Below the pieces are notes generated by a model. The model saw nothing but the letters and a program-made list of their open reading frames with translations, did not search any database and had not been told where the DNA came from. A stretch of DNA of 64,000 nucleotides. Source: Tubiluchus corallicola. Taxonomy: Eukaryota > Animalia > Priapulida. The DNA lies in the NCBI GenBank assembly GCA_030141605.1, contig JAQGDQ010000078.1, positions 496,001 through 560,000 of the forward strand, in the 5' to 3' direction. The position numbers were made by a program, and so were the translations under genes. Each line of letters starts with the position of its first letter. The first letter of the stretch is position 1. Shown one piece after another: positions 63,425 to 64,000 of the stretch.

Positions 63425-64000
63425 CTGCAGTTAATCTAAATAGTTAGAATAACTCTAGTGTCAGTGATATAACACTGGAAATGTTCAATTTGATTGGTCA
63501 GCTACGAGGGATGAACGGTCGTCTAAGCCATCTGCAATGTAAACAGATGGCCCTTCATTCAAATCCAGGCTGCATTACAACTGAGTTTGTAATATCAGAA
63601 ATAATAATTTTGACATTAGAGTTATAATAACTTACTTTTAGAAGTTTCACTATCAAGCTAGTATAATTTACAAACAACATATAGTATAGGGAAGGTTACT
63701 ACTACTGTGTGTAAGTGATTGTAGAAGTACAACTGGAAACATGCATGTATAAGCAAAAATGGACAGAAACTTTCATTCACTGTAATATTAGAGGGTTCTT
63801 TTAAGAGTGTTCAGAGGTTAAATCACCCCTGCAAAAATTCCTTATGGGATTTGCAGGAGTGCTCACCAAAAAATTTGTACAGCATTTGTTAATTTAATTT
63901 GCTTTCGCATCATCTATTTCCAGTTATACTTTTTACGGTAATGATAATTTGCCTGATTACTTAATCATGCAGTTTATCAACATGTCTCTATAGGTTTTAA

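Overview
AT-rich, intron-rich animal (probably invertebrate) genomic DNA, not prokaryotic. Most ORF-track entries are exon fragments, antisense shadows or noise. By hand I reconstruct three spliced protein-coding genes. (1) CABIN1 on the minus strand: 36 coding exons, 45143 to 4365, about 2252 aa, all GT-AG, frame continuous. (2) A two-exon gene for a signal-peptide/LRRNT/LRR/LRRCT protein with a probable GPI tail (16801-20376, +), nested antisense inside CABIN1 intron 25. (3) DNAJC9 on the plus strand: 6 coding exons, 53062-57742, about 254 aa, head-to-head with CABIN1. There is also an intact tRNA-Gly(GCC) gene just past the CABIN1 3' end. Introns and intergenic DNA hold many non-autonomous DNA transposons with readable TIRs/TSDs (hAT, pogo/Tigger-like, piggyBac-like, a young 9-bp-TSD element), LINE and SINE remnants, and microsatellites. 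Most notable: the nested LRR-GPI gene; an inverted pair of Penelope-type hammerhead ribozyme motifs at 63.2-63.4 kb; two H3-H4 chaperone-pathway genes head-to-head; a divergent CABIN1 tail with a 24-aa repeat, an LPLKKR motif and a SIM; a MITE whose TSD duplicated a splice donor; and inverted repeat copies bracketing CABIN1 exons 19-26. All homology calls come from recalled family motifs; no database search was run.
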